A DNA stretch of 63,970 nucleotides, counting the filler, from Saprolegnia diclina VS20 (taxonomy: Eukaryota), in assembly GCF_000281045.1 (NCBI RefSeq). It is 23 parts of 22 records of this genome, joined end to end, with 100 filler letters (N's around TTAATTAATTAA, not from the genome) between each part and the next. Parts side by side here need not be neighbours in the genome. Positions count along the whole stretch, not along the records: positions 36,580 to 39,295 come from NW_008246370.1; positions 39,396 to 41,996 come from NW_008246371.1; positions 42,097 to 44,773 come from NW_008246372.1; positions 44,874 to 47,506 come from NW_008246373.1; positions 47,607 to 50,097 come from NW_008246374.1; positions 50,198 to 52,730 come from NW_008246375.1; 17 more parts are not named here. The stretch is one strand, 5' to 3'. Shown here piece after piece: positions 37,930-50,293 of this stretch; within the stretch, counting starts at the first letter, position 1; each line of letters opens with the position of its first letter. A program made the position numbers and the translations under genes. The notes beneath the pieces were generated by a model. The model made no database searches, was not told the origin of the DNA, and saw only the letters and a list, made by a program, of their open reading frames with translations.

Positions 37930-38975
37930 ACAGCTACAGCGACTGCGGCGACGGTGAAGTCGACACCGCCTACTCAAGGCGGCGGTTCGGACAACGCTGC
38001 TCGGCGTCAACGACGGTGACAGCAGCTCTGCACGTCCCTGTCCGACGGCGCGGTGTCGTCCACGCTCCAGTGACCCCGACGGTTCATGATGTCGGCGGCG
38101 CCGAGGCGTTACGACTACAGTTACAGCGACGGCTCAGACACCGCCTAGTCTCGGTGGAGCGCGGGCTATGCCCTTCAGCGGTAACACTACCGGTGTCAGC
38201 TCACAACGAAACGGAAATACACTGCCCAACGCCACTCACGGCGACGATGGCTGGTTACATCACGGCACTGCTCAATGGCAGGATCAACGACGATGGGATC
38301 GACATCACTGGCTCACGGAACACCTCAGTCACCGCCCGACAGGCCACGGCTGCGGTAGCGCTGCCCCAACGCGGCGCTGCACGGTCACGGTCACGACGAA
38401 GGCTCAAGCGACGACACCGCCTAGTCTCGGTGGCAGCTCAGGCAAGGTCCATTAGTGGAAGCGCCGCCGGCGTCGTCCGCAACGACCCAGCGAGACACCG
38501 CATGACGTTATGCAAGTTCCGGCTGATGACGCCTGCGGCGAGGACCCGACACGGCGCTGTACGGTGATGACTATGACGGCGGCTCGGTCCACGCCGCCTA
38601 CGCGCGTCTTCCCGATTGCCGGCAAGCGGATGCTGTAACTGCGGCAGCGGCGCGTCACGACTCGATATCGCCCGGTGGCAGTCAATGCGACGGGTGGCAT
38701 GACATCCGCAGCATCGGCAACGTCTCTGCCAACCACAGCACGGTCGCTGCGGCTCGTCAAGCTACAACGAAGACGGCACCGACGCGGCACAGCACCTCTC
38801 AGCAACGATTCCGATGGCGGTCGGCCCGACACCGCTTAGTTATGGCGGCGGCCCGGCCCACTGTTGCTTCACTACTGCAACGATGGCGCCGTCCAACACA
38901 ACGCGAAGCGACTTGACAACGAGTACGACGACGGCCAGATCAACGCTACCTCATCTCGGCGGGGGGCCAGGTCTA
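37930..38975 (+). repeat. Degenerate dispersed repeat array with recurring GACACCGCCTAGTCTCGGTGG motif
   Basis: Exact 21-mer at 38137 and 38413; variants at 37962 and 38828; ACGACGGC-rich background with no credible ORF. Confidence 0.55.
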
Positions 38976-39437
38976 CGGTCGGTTCGATATGGCATGGCAC
39001 GCCGCGCCTCGCTCGACGGCGATTGGGGCGTCAGACAGCACGTTCGGAGCTTCGACTCAACAACTCGGCGACGATTCAGCAACATCAAGAATGACACCAG
39101 TTACTCACGACCGTGGCTTGGACTACGACTGCTCTGTCGCGATGAATGCAACACCGACAGCATACCACGATACCACACTGCTAGCGGTATCCAGCGCTAG
39201 ACGCAACAACAACGTCGGCTCATACGGTGCCGCGTGGGCAGGACCTTGCGGATGGTTTGAGTCGTTCAAGAGCACCAGCAACTAGGTGACGGTCCNNNNN
39301 NNNNNNNNNNNNNNNNNNNNNNNNNNNNNNNNNNNNNNNTTAATTAATTAANNNNNNNNNNNNNNNNNNNNNNNNNNNNNNNNNNNNNNNNNNNNATTCA
39401 CCAATGCGTTGTTGTTACGTGTCAACGCTACGGTACC

Positions 39438-40862
39438 TCACAAGGAGGCCGGGGCCGTGTAGATCGCGTCCAGCTCCTCCTTGGCAAAGAGCGTGCAGTG
39501 GAAACGGTGCTGCGCAATCTCGAGGAAGAGGCGAACTGTGAGCGGAAGCGCGTCGTCGTTAAAGTCAAACGTGTCGCTGTGGCAGTTGCGGTTTTGCGCG
39601 CCGTCACCGTCGGACAGCGGCTTGGTGCCGACAAAGTAAAAAGCGCCGGGAGTTTTCTGCAAGTAGTAGGCAAAATCCTCCGAGCCCGAGACCGGGAGCC
39701 CCGTCGCCGTCACGCGCGCCGCGCCAACCTACGTGCGCCTACGTCAGTGTGTCCGTCTCGCAAATGACAAGTTGTACAATGTCCGACGCCACATTGATCA
39801 CGATGTCAGTCTGCGCCGCATGGTTCATCGTGACGGGGTACCCATCGTCAAAGGCAATCTCGCCCGTGACACCGTGTGCCGCCGCGACGTGCGTCACGAT
39901 GCTGCTCATGCGCGCGTGCACGGTCGCTGCGACGTCGGGGTTGAAGTCGCGGAGCGTGCCCGAGAGGCGCACGCTGGACGGAATGACGTTGTCGGCCTCG
40001 CCGCCGTGGACTTGGGTGATCGACACGATCGCATTCTCTTGCGCCGGGAGGCTCCGGCTCACAATCGACTGCATCGCGACAATAATGTGCCCCGCGGCAA
40101 CGATCGGGTCGGTCGTGTGGTGGGGCGCCGACCCGTGGCCGCCGGGCCCTCGGAGCGTGATCTCAAACCGGCACGAATGCGCAAGGAGCGCGCCTGGCTT
40201 GGTCGCTACCATGCCAAGGGGAAACGGGCCGTTGTGGTACCCGTACACCTCGTCGACGCCGTCCAAGCACCCGTCTTCAATCATCTTGACAGCGCCTAAT
40301 GCATGCATCGACTTCAATTCAAAAGAAGGACGACGTACCAAAGCCGCCTTCTTCGGCCGGCTGGAAGAGGAGACGCACGCACGTGTTGGGCGGCAGCGAG
40401 AGGCGCGCGCGCTGCATGAAGATCGCAAAGCCCACGAGCGACGCCATATGACCGTCGTGACCGCACATGTGCGCGGCGCCGGCGTTCTCCGATGCGTATG
40501 GCAGGTGCGGGTTCTGCTCAGTCATCGGCAGCGCGTCCATGTCCCCTCGAAAGGCCACGCAGCGGAGGCTGCCGTCGGCGGCGTCCTCGGACGTCGGACC
40601 AAATATGTTGACAACGAGCCCTATAGAGACGAGAGGATGATGCGCTGTCGGTAGTGATGCTGGACGCACCGGTGGTCGCGCACACGTGGATGTTTTCAGC
40701 GGGAATTTGCGCGTGGGTGAGCAGGTAGTCTTTGATCGTGGCCTGCGTCGCGACCTCTTGCCACGTCACTTCGGCATGCTGGTGAAAGTGGCGGCGCAGC
40801 TGCGCGAGCTCGTCGAAAAATGCAGCGGCAAAGGCGGGCGTCACGGGCGTCGGCACGACCAT
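39438..40862 (-). CDS. M20D family amidohydrolase (N-acyl-amino acid/hippurate/IAA-amino acid hydrolase-like); introns 40621-40669, 40296-40338, 39729-39777
   Basis: LRRHFHQHAE, RGDMDALP, HMCGHDGH, FQPAEEG, GGHGSAPH, DNVIP, SEDFAYY, H...FDFND; three GT-AG introns join the frames. Confidence 0.93.
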
Positions 40863-41525
40863 TTGGAGATGGCGTTGGTGGTGTTTCGGTAGTTGGGATA
40901 TTGGGCAATGAGCAAACGCCACGGGTCCTTGCCCAAGATCGGAATTGGGTTTTTCTACGCTGGATCGGAATTATCGCGCGCGAGCTGGTGGCGAGGTCTT
41001 ACCCATGGTCTGATTGGCTAAAATACAACATCTGGCGCCAATCAGATGCGAGCGCCCAGAAAGTGCAACATGACGTTGATCACGGCGAGATGGGTTCACG
41101 CTCGGCTCGTGCATCATCACCGTTGATGCAAGACTGCCAGCGATGCGAATACAATTAGCACTTCTCTAGTTCTTGGAGGCACACTGAGAAGCGCATTCAT
41201 AAACGTAGAAGGCACTACAAGCGTGTCCATGACCATACATTGAGTCTGCGTTTTCAAGGGATCCCACCATGTCGCCCTCTAGTCGGAATGGGTGCCGAGT
41301 GCAAAAGCTAGTGCAAACGGACCTCACCTTCCGCAACTGATGAAACACAGATACGAGCGGCCGCTCCGCGGCTGTCGCGACACCTTGAAGGGGACAGACG
41401 CTGGTCGTCAAGAGGAGTTGATGTACTGCAATTCTTAATGCAGAGTGTATCCAAGGACTTGACTTTGAAGCAACGTTATCGTGGGCCTTGATTCGATTCT
41501 GGCGCCGAGCGCTTTGTATCTGCGG

Positions 41526-41867
41526 CTACGAATGTCTTGTTGACGGCTGCTTAGCGACTGCTGGCGTTGCGCTCATGGCCAGAGGGTACGCGACGCAGCC
41601 AAACGAGGGCTGCGTGCTGACAACCGTGCAGATCGCAAGCGAGTGGAGCACACAAGACCGCGTCGTAGCGTTCCAGCTCACAAGTCCTGGCACGCAGTTG
41701 GCGGAGGCTTTGGCGCCTGCCTGTGGGCACGCACCGTCAGCGGTCTTGCCGCCGCAGACGCGTCCATTGATGCAATACATAGCATCGCCGAGGACACTCA
41801 CGTTCGTACAAACAGTGGCACTATCGCCAATCGCAGCGAAGCTAAGAAGCAGGAATCCGCGTCGCAT
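41526..41867 (-). CDS. Small secreted Cys-rich protein (113 aa) with an oomycete mucin/Car90-type N-terminal domain
   Basis: Signal peptide MRRGFLLLSFAAIGDSA; CTNVSVLGDAMYCINGRVC.G...G.CP..G...C...L.S...CV...A.C...GCV with 8 Cys. Confidence 0.7.
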   Translation of the reverse strand: MRRGFLLLSFAAIGDSATVCTNVSVLGDAMYCINGRVCGGKTADGACPQAGAKASANCVPGLVSWNATTRSCVLHSLAICTVVSTQPSFGCVAYPLAMSATPAVAKQPSTRHS

Positions 41868-42096
41868 TGGTGCTGGCGCTTGACAATGATTTGTTAACAA
41901 TAATGCCTGACGCTCCATACAGGTGATGGCCGTGGACCTACTGCGTTGGAGGAAGAGCGGTAAGGGTGCGCGATGAACCATGGCCCACCCGACGACNNNN
42001 NNNNNNNNNNNNNNNNNNNNNNNNNNNNNNNNNNNNNNNNTTAATTAATTAANNNNNNNNNNNNNNNNNNNNNNNNNNNNNNNNNNNNNNNNNNNN

Positions 42097-44773
42097 AGAA
42101 GCCCTTACAACATGTATCTTCACACGGCATCTCCAGCTGATCGCAGCTTGCATTGGTTGGACATGGCTTAGCCTTTGATCCACACACAACACACCCCCCA
42201 AGCCATGGCCACCGGGCCAGCTGGGTACAAATGCATATATACAACATCAAGTTATGCATTCACCTGTCGTCGGAGCCGGCGGTTGATCGGGCCCGTCGGC
42301 ACGTGACTCAACACACCGCTGGACGACAGTTGGAATCTTCTTGTGCATCTCGTGGAGGCTGAGCCGCAGCGCATCCACGTATGACATTCTGGACACGCCA
42401 GACTTCACACCCCAATGTGGCACTGGCCGGGCGATCTGCGCCCACCTTGTCCTGACACTCCCCGATCCCAGCGAGAGTCGGCCACACCAAGCGATCATCG
42501 TCAATCGGACGAAGCGCTTGAAATTGGGTAGTTCTTGTAGATGAGCCCCGACGGCACTTGTTCGGCCGAATTTCGTCTACTTGAGCTCGCCGCGATCGCG
42601 CGGCAGTAGAACGACGCACCAAAACCAAAGACGTCGCCGGGCCGCGGTGTCCCCACCGACTCATCATGTCAGTCCACAAGTTGTGGATACCATCAATGTG
42701 CTCGATGACGTAGCGGAACGCGCCCATGATGCCCGCCCACAGCGCCATCTTCCCACGAGGGTACGCCTTCCACTCCTTGTCAGGCGCAAAAATGACTTGC
42801 TGCGACTCGCCCGCGTTCATCGGATACGGGATGTCGCAGCGAGCCTTAATGCGATCCGGGTCGTGCTTGACGCCATCAGCGTTGAGCGTGCGCCCACACC
42901 ACTTGACCTCGGTGTAGAAAAACTGGGCTTTCTGAGGCACCAGCTTGATCCCAAACTGGGCCACCATGGCCGGCGGGTCCCGCGGATCAAACGCCGTCCG
43001 CCAAACGTCATGCTTGGTGACAATGCGCCACAGTCGGTTGCGCATTTCGGCAGGGAACCCTTGAGCCGTCGCCTCGTCGATGCTGATCTTCAGCCCAGCG
43101 ACGGCTTCAAACGGTAGACGACCAACCACCGCCTCCGAGGCTCGAGCGTCCACGACGCGCCGAGTCTCTGCCGTCGTCGACACCGGTACCACTGGGACGC
43201 CACTCGTACCAGATGTCGGGCGGGGGGGAACACGTGCACATGCATCGTCGTCGTCGTCCGTCGCCAGATCGTGGCCATCGTCATCAAATTGACGAGCCGC
43301 CAGCTGCTCGAGCAGGCGGTCAATGTCGATACCAATCGACTTGAGAGTTGCATTGGACAGCAAGAACTCCTCGCCGTCGTCCACCACATAGCACGTCTGC
43401 GCCCCGGGAATGTTGACGGGGCCAGCAGCCGTCTGGATCTGCAACTTGATGTCCACGCTGTCCTTGGCGGTAAAGCCATTGCCGTTGCAGCCCATACAGT
43501 GGATTGGAGTCGCCAAAGGCTTCACACGGATGTTGGGGCACACCGCCGACAACTTGTCAACCATCGACCGCGGGATGATGTTGAGGTCAGCACCCGTGTC
43601 AGGGCAGTAGGGCACTTGGAGCTTGCTCCCAAGGGTTAGCAGGTGCGTAGCCGACGCACCCGCCATAGCACGGAACGTCTTGTTCTTCTTCAACGTCTCC
43701 CGTATGATCTTGCCCTTCTCGTCCTCGTCCTTGACGGTCGGGCACTCGTGCACCGTGTGGCCCTTCTCCTTGCACGCCCAGCAGGTCTTGTCCTTGGCAC
43801 CGCCCTTCTTAGCGGCACCACCCGGAGGATCACCTGGCTCGGGTGCAGCGGGGGAGTCGTCCTTCTCCCCCTGAAACGGCTCCTTGCCTTCGTCGAGCAG
43901 CTTGCGCGCCTTGACCGCGTCACGCTCAGTTTCATCGTCTTCGCGGTCCTTGCGCTTCGCCCCTTCCTCAAAAGGAGAGGAGAACTTCTTCGCTTCCATC
44001 AGCGTCGTCAAGTGCTTCTCCAGGGGCTTGGCGTAAGCGCACAAGGAGTCGAACTTGTGGATACGAAGCATGTCCCGCATCTTCTCGCGCAGCTGCACGG
44101 GTTCAAGTCGGTCCGTAATGGTGCTGAGGATGATCCGCCGCGGCCCTTTGAGCGTCATGTCTTCTTGCAGGGCATGCGCCTTGATGATCTCGCTGACGTC
44201 CGTGATGAAGTTGGCCACAACCTCAAAGACGTCGTCCTCGACCACGTGTCCAATCTTGAGCTCCTTGAAAAAGGCAATGTAGTCCTCGGATGAGTGCGTG
44301 TAGTCCTTCGGTCGCTCGCTCATGATCTCCATCAACCGCCGTTGGAACTCGTTCTCCTTGAGCCCGTCGACGTCGATATTCCATTTGAGCGTGCACACCG
44401 TCTCCAAGAGACTGCGCTTGATCGAGTCGATCCACTTTTTGTTGTGGACCTTGACCGGGACACCGGTCGCCTTTGAGTGCTCACGCATGGCCTTGTCGTA
44501 CTCGTCACGCTTCTCCTTCCACTTGATCAGGTACTTCCTTCCCAAGCTCTCGATGGGCGGGAAGTCGATCGTCGAGACCATGAAGCCAGTCCGTGATGGG
44601 CCGTCGCCGTCCGTTGACCATCCGGCCAGCGCGCCCTTGGTCATTTTGCCGAACGCCGGTTCGAGACTAAAGTATACTTTGTGATAGCGCCCGCGGTGCA
44701 GACACAAACAACAGCGAGGGGAGAGCCGTCTCCCGTGAAGCAGGCAGTTGTATTGGGCTTACACCACAGAGGC
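42097..44773 (-). mobile_element. gag: Gypsy non-autonomous element, copy 2 (ORF 42308-44644; LTR parts 42097-42191 and 44680-44773)
   Basis: Same sequence as 26659-29335 at offset 15438; shared ORF translations are identical. Confidence 0.92.
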
Positions 44774-45155
44774 NNNNNNNNNNNNNNNNNNNNNNNNNNN
44801 NNNNNNNNNNNNNNNNNTTAATTAATTAANNNNNNNNNNNNNNNNNNNNNNNNNNNNNNNNNNNNNNNNNNNNGGCTCCGACGGCGCCACGCTTGGAGGC
44901 ATCGGTGTGCTCGCACAATCCCGAGCCACGACCAAGCACCCTCAGCTTGACGCACCGATCATGCCTCACGAGTGCAGGAGGGAGCCCACCTGCTGAAACG
45001 GTTTGGTGCGGCGGTCGACTGGACGCTCTTTCTCGAGCTGAACGTCAAGGCCGGGGTTCTACCGGCGCTGACGACACTGGCGTTGGACAAGTCCACGCCA
45101 AGATGGCGCGCACCTTCTCGAAATTGGTGTCTACGCTGGCATCTACAAGGTCGAT

Positions 45156-47506
45156 TTGGTGCTTCATTTTCAGCTCATTTGGTCCTTTCCGCAATTCGTC
45201 CAGCCGTTCCCGTCCATTAGCTTGAACCAGAGCCTTCTTAGCTACTGCTACAACCCTCCGTACTTGGTGACGATGGTGATTGCCGTTGATGTCTCGGGTG
45301 CACAGGTTCTGACTGCGAGCTCCACTTACCGAACTGCGCTCTTGAGGAGCCTCGGCCCGGCACTCGGTCTCCCCGATCTCTCCGCCTTTGTGCTTGCCGT
45401 TCAAAGCATCAATGCCACCGCAGGCACAGTATCAATTGTTGCGATGCTACCGTCCAGTGTCTCGAGTGTCTACCCGACCTCTCTCAGCTTCAACAACGCC
45501 ATCACTGCACGAGAGATGACAACGGCATTCGCCAAGTCCGTCTATGATGCGGCTTCTGTCACGGCGGGTGCCGTGTGCACACCGGGGTATTACGGTCCGA
45601 CGTGCTCGACGCCTTGTACGACATCTGCTTGCCGCGTGGTCTCGTCTTGCGTCAGTGTCGGTGGCACCGCACTCGCATGCTCGAGCTGCAATGCGGGGTA
45701 CTGGGGCTCCCCATTATGCACCAAAACGTGTACCGTGCCTTCAACCGCGCGCTGTGCACTTGCGATCTGCGATCAAACGACGGGGTTCTTTCTCAGCTGC
45801 AGCGGAGCGTGCTACGCAGGTTACTGGGGGCCAAGTTGCCAAACTCCGTGTCCCGTGCCCTGGCAATGCGCCACGGGAACCGCTGTCACGTGTGATCCCG
45901 TCACGAGCAGCGTCGTCACGTGCAAGGCCTGCGCGGCAGGTTACTGGGGCAAGACCTGCCGGCAAGTGTGCCTCCCATCGCTGACGTGTGCGTCGGGCGC
46001 GTACCTCACCTGTGACGCGACAACGGGAGCCTTGGCATCGTGTTCGAGCTGCGTCGCAGGCTACTGGGGCACCGTGTGCCAGACACCTTGTACTCGGCCA
46101 GCGACGTGCGCGGCAGCGACGTGCAGCTCCAGCGGAGCTCTGACGGCCTGCACCAGCTGTGTTGCGGGCTACTGGGGCTCGATTTGCCAAAACGCGTGCA
46201 CACCCACTGCCACATGTACGTCTGGCACGGCGCTAACCTGCGATGGAAGTGGCAACCTCGTCTCGTGTCAAAGCTGCAAGGCAGGGTCCTGGGGGGCGAC
46301 GTGCCAAAGAGCGTGTCAGCCGGCCTATACGTGTGACTGGAGCGTCCCGGCAACGTGCGATGCTACCAGCGGCGCCTTGGTATCCTGCATTAGCTGCGAT
46401 CCAGGCTACTGGGGCACAACCTGTCAAAAAACATGCGCTCGAACCTTTCCCTGTGCGCCCGACGCGACTGTGATCTGCGACGCTACCAGTGGCAGTCCGG
46501 TCGCGTGCCCCAGCTGTGTATCGGGGTACTGGGGCACGACTTGTCAAAGAACATGTTCACCTGCATCGACATGCGCATCTGACGCCTCGCTCGTGTGCGA
46601 CGCCACCAGTGGCACCCTCCTCTCTTGTGGCAGCTGTCGCGCTGGGTTTTGGGGCACGATTTGTCAATATCCTTGCCCGCTAGCCGTAACGTGTGGCCTC
46701 AATGCGACAACGACATGCAACGCCAACATTGCTTTTTGACGTCGTGCAGTTCGTGCATCTCTGGCGTATGGGGCTCAACATGCTCGATTCCGTGCTCGAC
46801 GCCTCTTTCGTGTTTGCCGGGCACGGCGGTATCCTGTGATGCAGCTACCGGGCAAGCCATGACATGCCAAGCGTGTACGAATGCATTTTGGGGAAGTGCG
46901 TGCCAGAATCAGTGCTCTCAGCCTCGGAACTGCGCGTCATCTTCATGCGATAGGAGCGGCAACGTCATCGCTTGCCCGGCGTGTCTCGATGGGTTTTGGG
47001 GCGACTTGTGTCAGCACGCTTGCGTCGGCTACCCGACGTGTGCTTCTGACGCTCTCGTTTCGTGCGACGCGGTCACCGGCGGCATGCCAGTATGTCATGA
47101 GTGCATGGCTGGCTACTGGGGCAGCACGTGCCAATCGATTTGTATGGCGTCCTCCGAGTGTGCGCCTGGTGCCACGCTCACGTGCAATTGGGGCACCGGT
47201 GCGCTCGCGACGTGCCAAGGCTGCGTCACCAACTACTGGGGTGACGCGTGCACGAAAATATGCCCGACGCCGACCACATGTGCCTCGACTGCCACAGTAG
47301 CATGCAACCAAGCCACGAGCCGTGCCCTCTCGTGCAGTAGTTGTCTCGCCGGGTTTTGGGGTACCGCCTGCCAAAACGAGTGCTCGATGCCATCCTCTTG
47401 CTATACGGCAACGTGCACTGCCGACGATGGAACCATCGAGACGTGTCCGCGCTGCCTCGTAGGTTTCTGGGGTGTCCGCTGTGAGAACCGGTGCACACCG
47501 AGCAGC
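45156..47506 (+). CDS. Cys-rich repeat (EGF/laminin-EGF-like) protein with one frameshift at ~46735; start uncertain, 3'-truncated
   Basis: 17 repeats of ~35-39 aa, C..G(Y/F)WG..C...C.....C...CD..TG....C, continuing across two reading frames. Confidence 0.8.
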
Positions 47507-48976
47507 NNNNNNNNNNNNNNNNNNNNNNNNNNNNNNNNNNNNNNNNNNNNTTAATTAATTAANNNNNNNNNNNNNNNNNNNNNNNNNNNNNNNNNNNNNN
47601 NNNNNNAGGCTCATGCCGTTGATCACACGGCTGTTGTGCTGCGCGACCTTCTCGAGTGTATTTTGCGTCGCGCGCAGCGTCGCTGGCTCTGGTTCTACGA
47701 GCTCCTTCCGTCTCGAGAAATTGGGACGCCGTTGCTTGCCCGTGGCGCGCGGCCTCGAAAACGTGACGCAGCTGCATCACCGGCAGTTCCGGCCAGAACA
47801 CCCGGGCCTGGTGTTCAGGCCGGAATGAAGGCGAGCCATGCTATGGTAGTACAACACTATTTTCAACATCGTTGACGACAAAAGAAGGGGATTGAGCGTG
47901 CGCTTGTCAGCGCGACGACCGAGATCTCGCCGGCGCAAGTCGAGAACCTCGGCACCAAGCACCGTCAACAGGACGAAATTCTAGCGGCATTGCGTACGCT
48001 GTGTTTTAAAGTCCTCAACCCTTGAACACCGGGAGTCCGTAATATGGTCTTTACTAGTGCGAGACTAATCGAGTGCGGACGGTTGGCAGGCACCATACGT
48101 AATAGCAAATTGGAGAACTCTCTCATAGCATCTGCTACAAGAGCGTAGCATAGAGTCGGTGGGGAGAGCGTCAAGCGCTGTCTAGTGGTCGGTGGCGATG
48201 CGCCACAACCACCCTTGGACCCAGCTCTTGGTCCTGGATATGAGCACCGACACAATGTGCTCGTGGTGGCGTAGTCCTGAGCTGGGCGCAATCTGATACT
48301 GTACTCGCAAGACGGCGAGCAAAATGTAGTACACTGCTGGTGTGGTCCTCCACGGGCAAAGGGTAGCAAACGGCAGAATCTGCCGAGTGCAACCGTTCCC
48401 AGATCTCCCTCTATAAAGCCGTACGTGGGCTGTGAGGAGCGCCATAATACGAATGGAACCTGAACATTTTAAGCCCGGAAATTTCAAATCTGCCGGAGTA
48501 AGCCCGCCTGATGCACGTCTGATAACACTGCGAGAAGGCCGTCGTATCAGATGTGCCAAACCGCTCTCTTCAGATACTTTTCGTCGTTTGACACCAATTA
48601 CCGATATACCGGCACCACGATCCTCTTTCTTCGTTCCATATTCCATCCAGTCAACCACATTTGTGTTCCCAGAAGTGTGCAGCTGCATACAACCCAACCA
48701 GATTTCTCTGGTTTCGGTCGTGCTTGCGTCCTTCCCACCGTGCTCTCTCTGTATGCGTCCAGTATGTCGCATCTGCATGTCGGTCGCTCCCATCGCCACG
48801 TCATTATGAAGAGAAGATCGGAATTGCTTGCTCGTAGTCTTCTGACACGGCTACTCGCCGACCCAGACAACAGACAACATCGTACGATTCACCTTTGTGC
48901 TGATCCCCAAGCAATCTGTGTCGCGTCAGAAACACACACCTTCTTCTTCCATCGGCAATGCATCGTTGGTGTTGGA

Positions 48977-48992
48977 GCTCATTTTCCAATTT
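48977..48992 (+). promoter_or_regulatory. Oomycete Inr/FPR core promoter element
   Basis: GCTCATTTTCCAATTT is a perfect match to GCTCATTYYNCAWTTT, 5 nt before the ATG at 48998. Confidence 0.8.
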
Positions 48993-48997
48993 GCCTC

Positions 48998-50062
48998 ATG
49001 CAGCTCACGACTGTGCTCTTGTGCCTTGCCTCGGCGTCGGCCGCCATCTTTCGCCAGCTCCCGGATGGCCGCGAGCGCACGCAAGAGGAGCTCCGAGCCG
49101 TCGCCGACGACGCCGACGTGAACCGCAAGTGCCACCTCCAAAACGCCAACTACATTCCGTCGCTCACGCAAGGCAAGTACGTCGAGTCCGCGTTCCACAA
49201 CTGCTTTCGCACGGCGGCCCAGATCGACGAGCTTTTCAACACGTTTGTGGCGCAGAACCCAAGTAACGTCTTCAAGGAGCCGATCGCCAACACGACGCGC
49301 GGCCAAACGGTCTACGCCTACACGCTGCGCAACGGACCACCCAAGAAGCAAGCGATTTACGTGCAGAGTCTCATCCACGCTCGCGAGTGGGTCGCTGGTT
49401 CGTCCAACTTTTACACGGCCTCCAAGCTCCTCGACGACATTTACAACAAGATTCCCAGTGTCACGGACGACTATGACGTGATTGTGGTCCCGATTTTTAA
49501 CCGCGACGGGTACGACCTCACGTGGTCGGGCACTCGCTACCAGCGCAAGAATGCTAACGGCGTCGACCTCAACCGCAACTACCCGGGTCCGTTTGACAAC
49601 CCGCGCCCGCCCTTGCCGTCGGCCGACGACTACCCGGGCCCGCGCCCGCTCAGCGAAGTTGAAAGCCGCACATTGCACCAATGGCTCAGCTCCAAGCCGC
49701 AGGGATACCTTGCGGGCTTGATTGATCTCCACTCGTACGCTGGCCTCGTCTTGATTCCGGTTGGCGACACCGAAGACAAGCTGCCGGTCGACGGAAAGCT
49801 CAAGACGTTGGGCACGCGCCTCGGAAGCGCCCTCGGCGGCTACAAGTCGGGGCGACCGTACGAGCTTCTGTACAAGGCGTACCATACGTTTCAAGACTAT
49901 GGTTTCCGCACGTACAACGTGCCGTCCATCACGATCGAGATGAAGGGCACTGACTTTGTGGCGCCGGCCTCGACGATCCGGACCCGCGGCCAGGAAATCT
50001 ACAAAGGCCTCGCGCAGTACGCCAAGGAAGTTACGATTTACGCCAAGACGCGCGACCTCTAA
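48998..50062 (+). CDS. Secreted M14 zinc carboxypeptidase
   Basis: Signal peptide MQLTTVLLCLASASAA; HAREW, QRKN, GVDLNRNY, YPGPRPLSEVE, DLHSY, TIEM. Confidence 0.95.
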   Translation: MQLTTVLLCLASASAAIFRQLPDGRERTQEELRAVADDADVNRKCHLQNANYIPSLTQGKYVESAFHNCFRTAAQIDELFNTFVAQNPSNVFKEPIANTTRGQTVYAYTLRNGPPKKQAIYVQSLIHAREWVAGSSNFYTASKLLDDIYNKIPSVTDDYDVIVVPIFNRDGYDLTWSGTRYQRKNANGVDLNRNYPGPFDNPRPPLPSADDYPGPRPLSEVESRTLHQWLSSKPQGYLAGLIDLHSYAGLVLIPVGDTEDKLPVDGKLKTLGTRLGSALGGYKSGRPYELLYKAYHTFQDYGFRTYNVPSITIEMKGTDFVAPASTIRTRGQEIYKGLAQYAKEVTIYAKTRDL

Positions 50063-50293
50063 GCTCCATCTCGATGCGTTTGGGTGTTGTTGTTCCTNNN
50101 NNNNNNNNNNNNNNNNNNNNNNNNNNNNNNNNNNNNNNNNNTTAATTAATTAANNNNNNNNNNNNNNNNNNNNNNNNNNNNNNNNNNNNNNNNNNNNAGC
50201 TGTTCTTCGCGCGCGCGGCGCTTGGCCTCCTTGTCTTGGATGTGCTGGCTGTTGTAGAGCATGGTGTTTTCGATAATGTCGCGATGCCCTTGA

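Noticed and set aside
48551..48997. N-terminal 149-aa extension of the carboxypeptidase ORF
   Set aside because: The Inr/FPR element at 48977 and the signal peptide at 48998 mark the true start.
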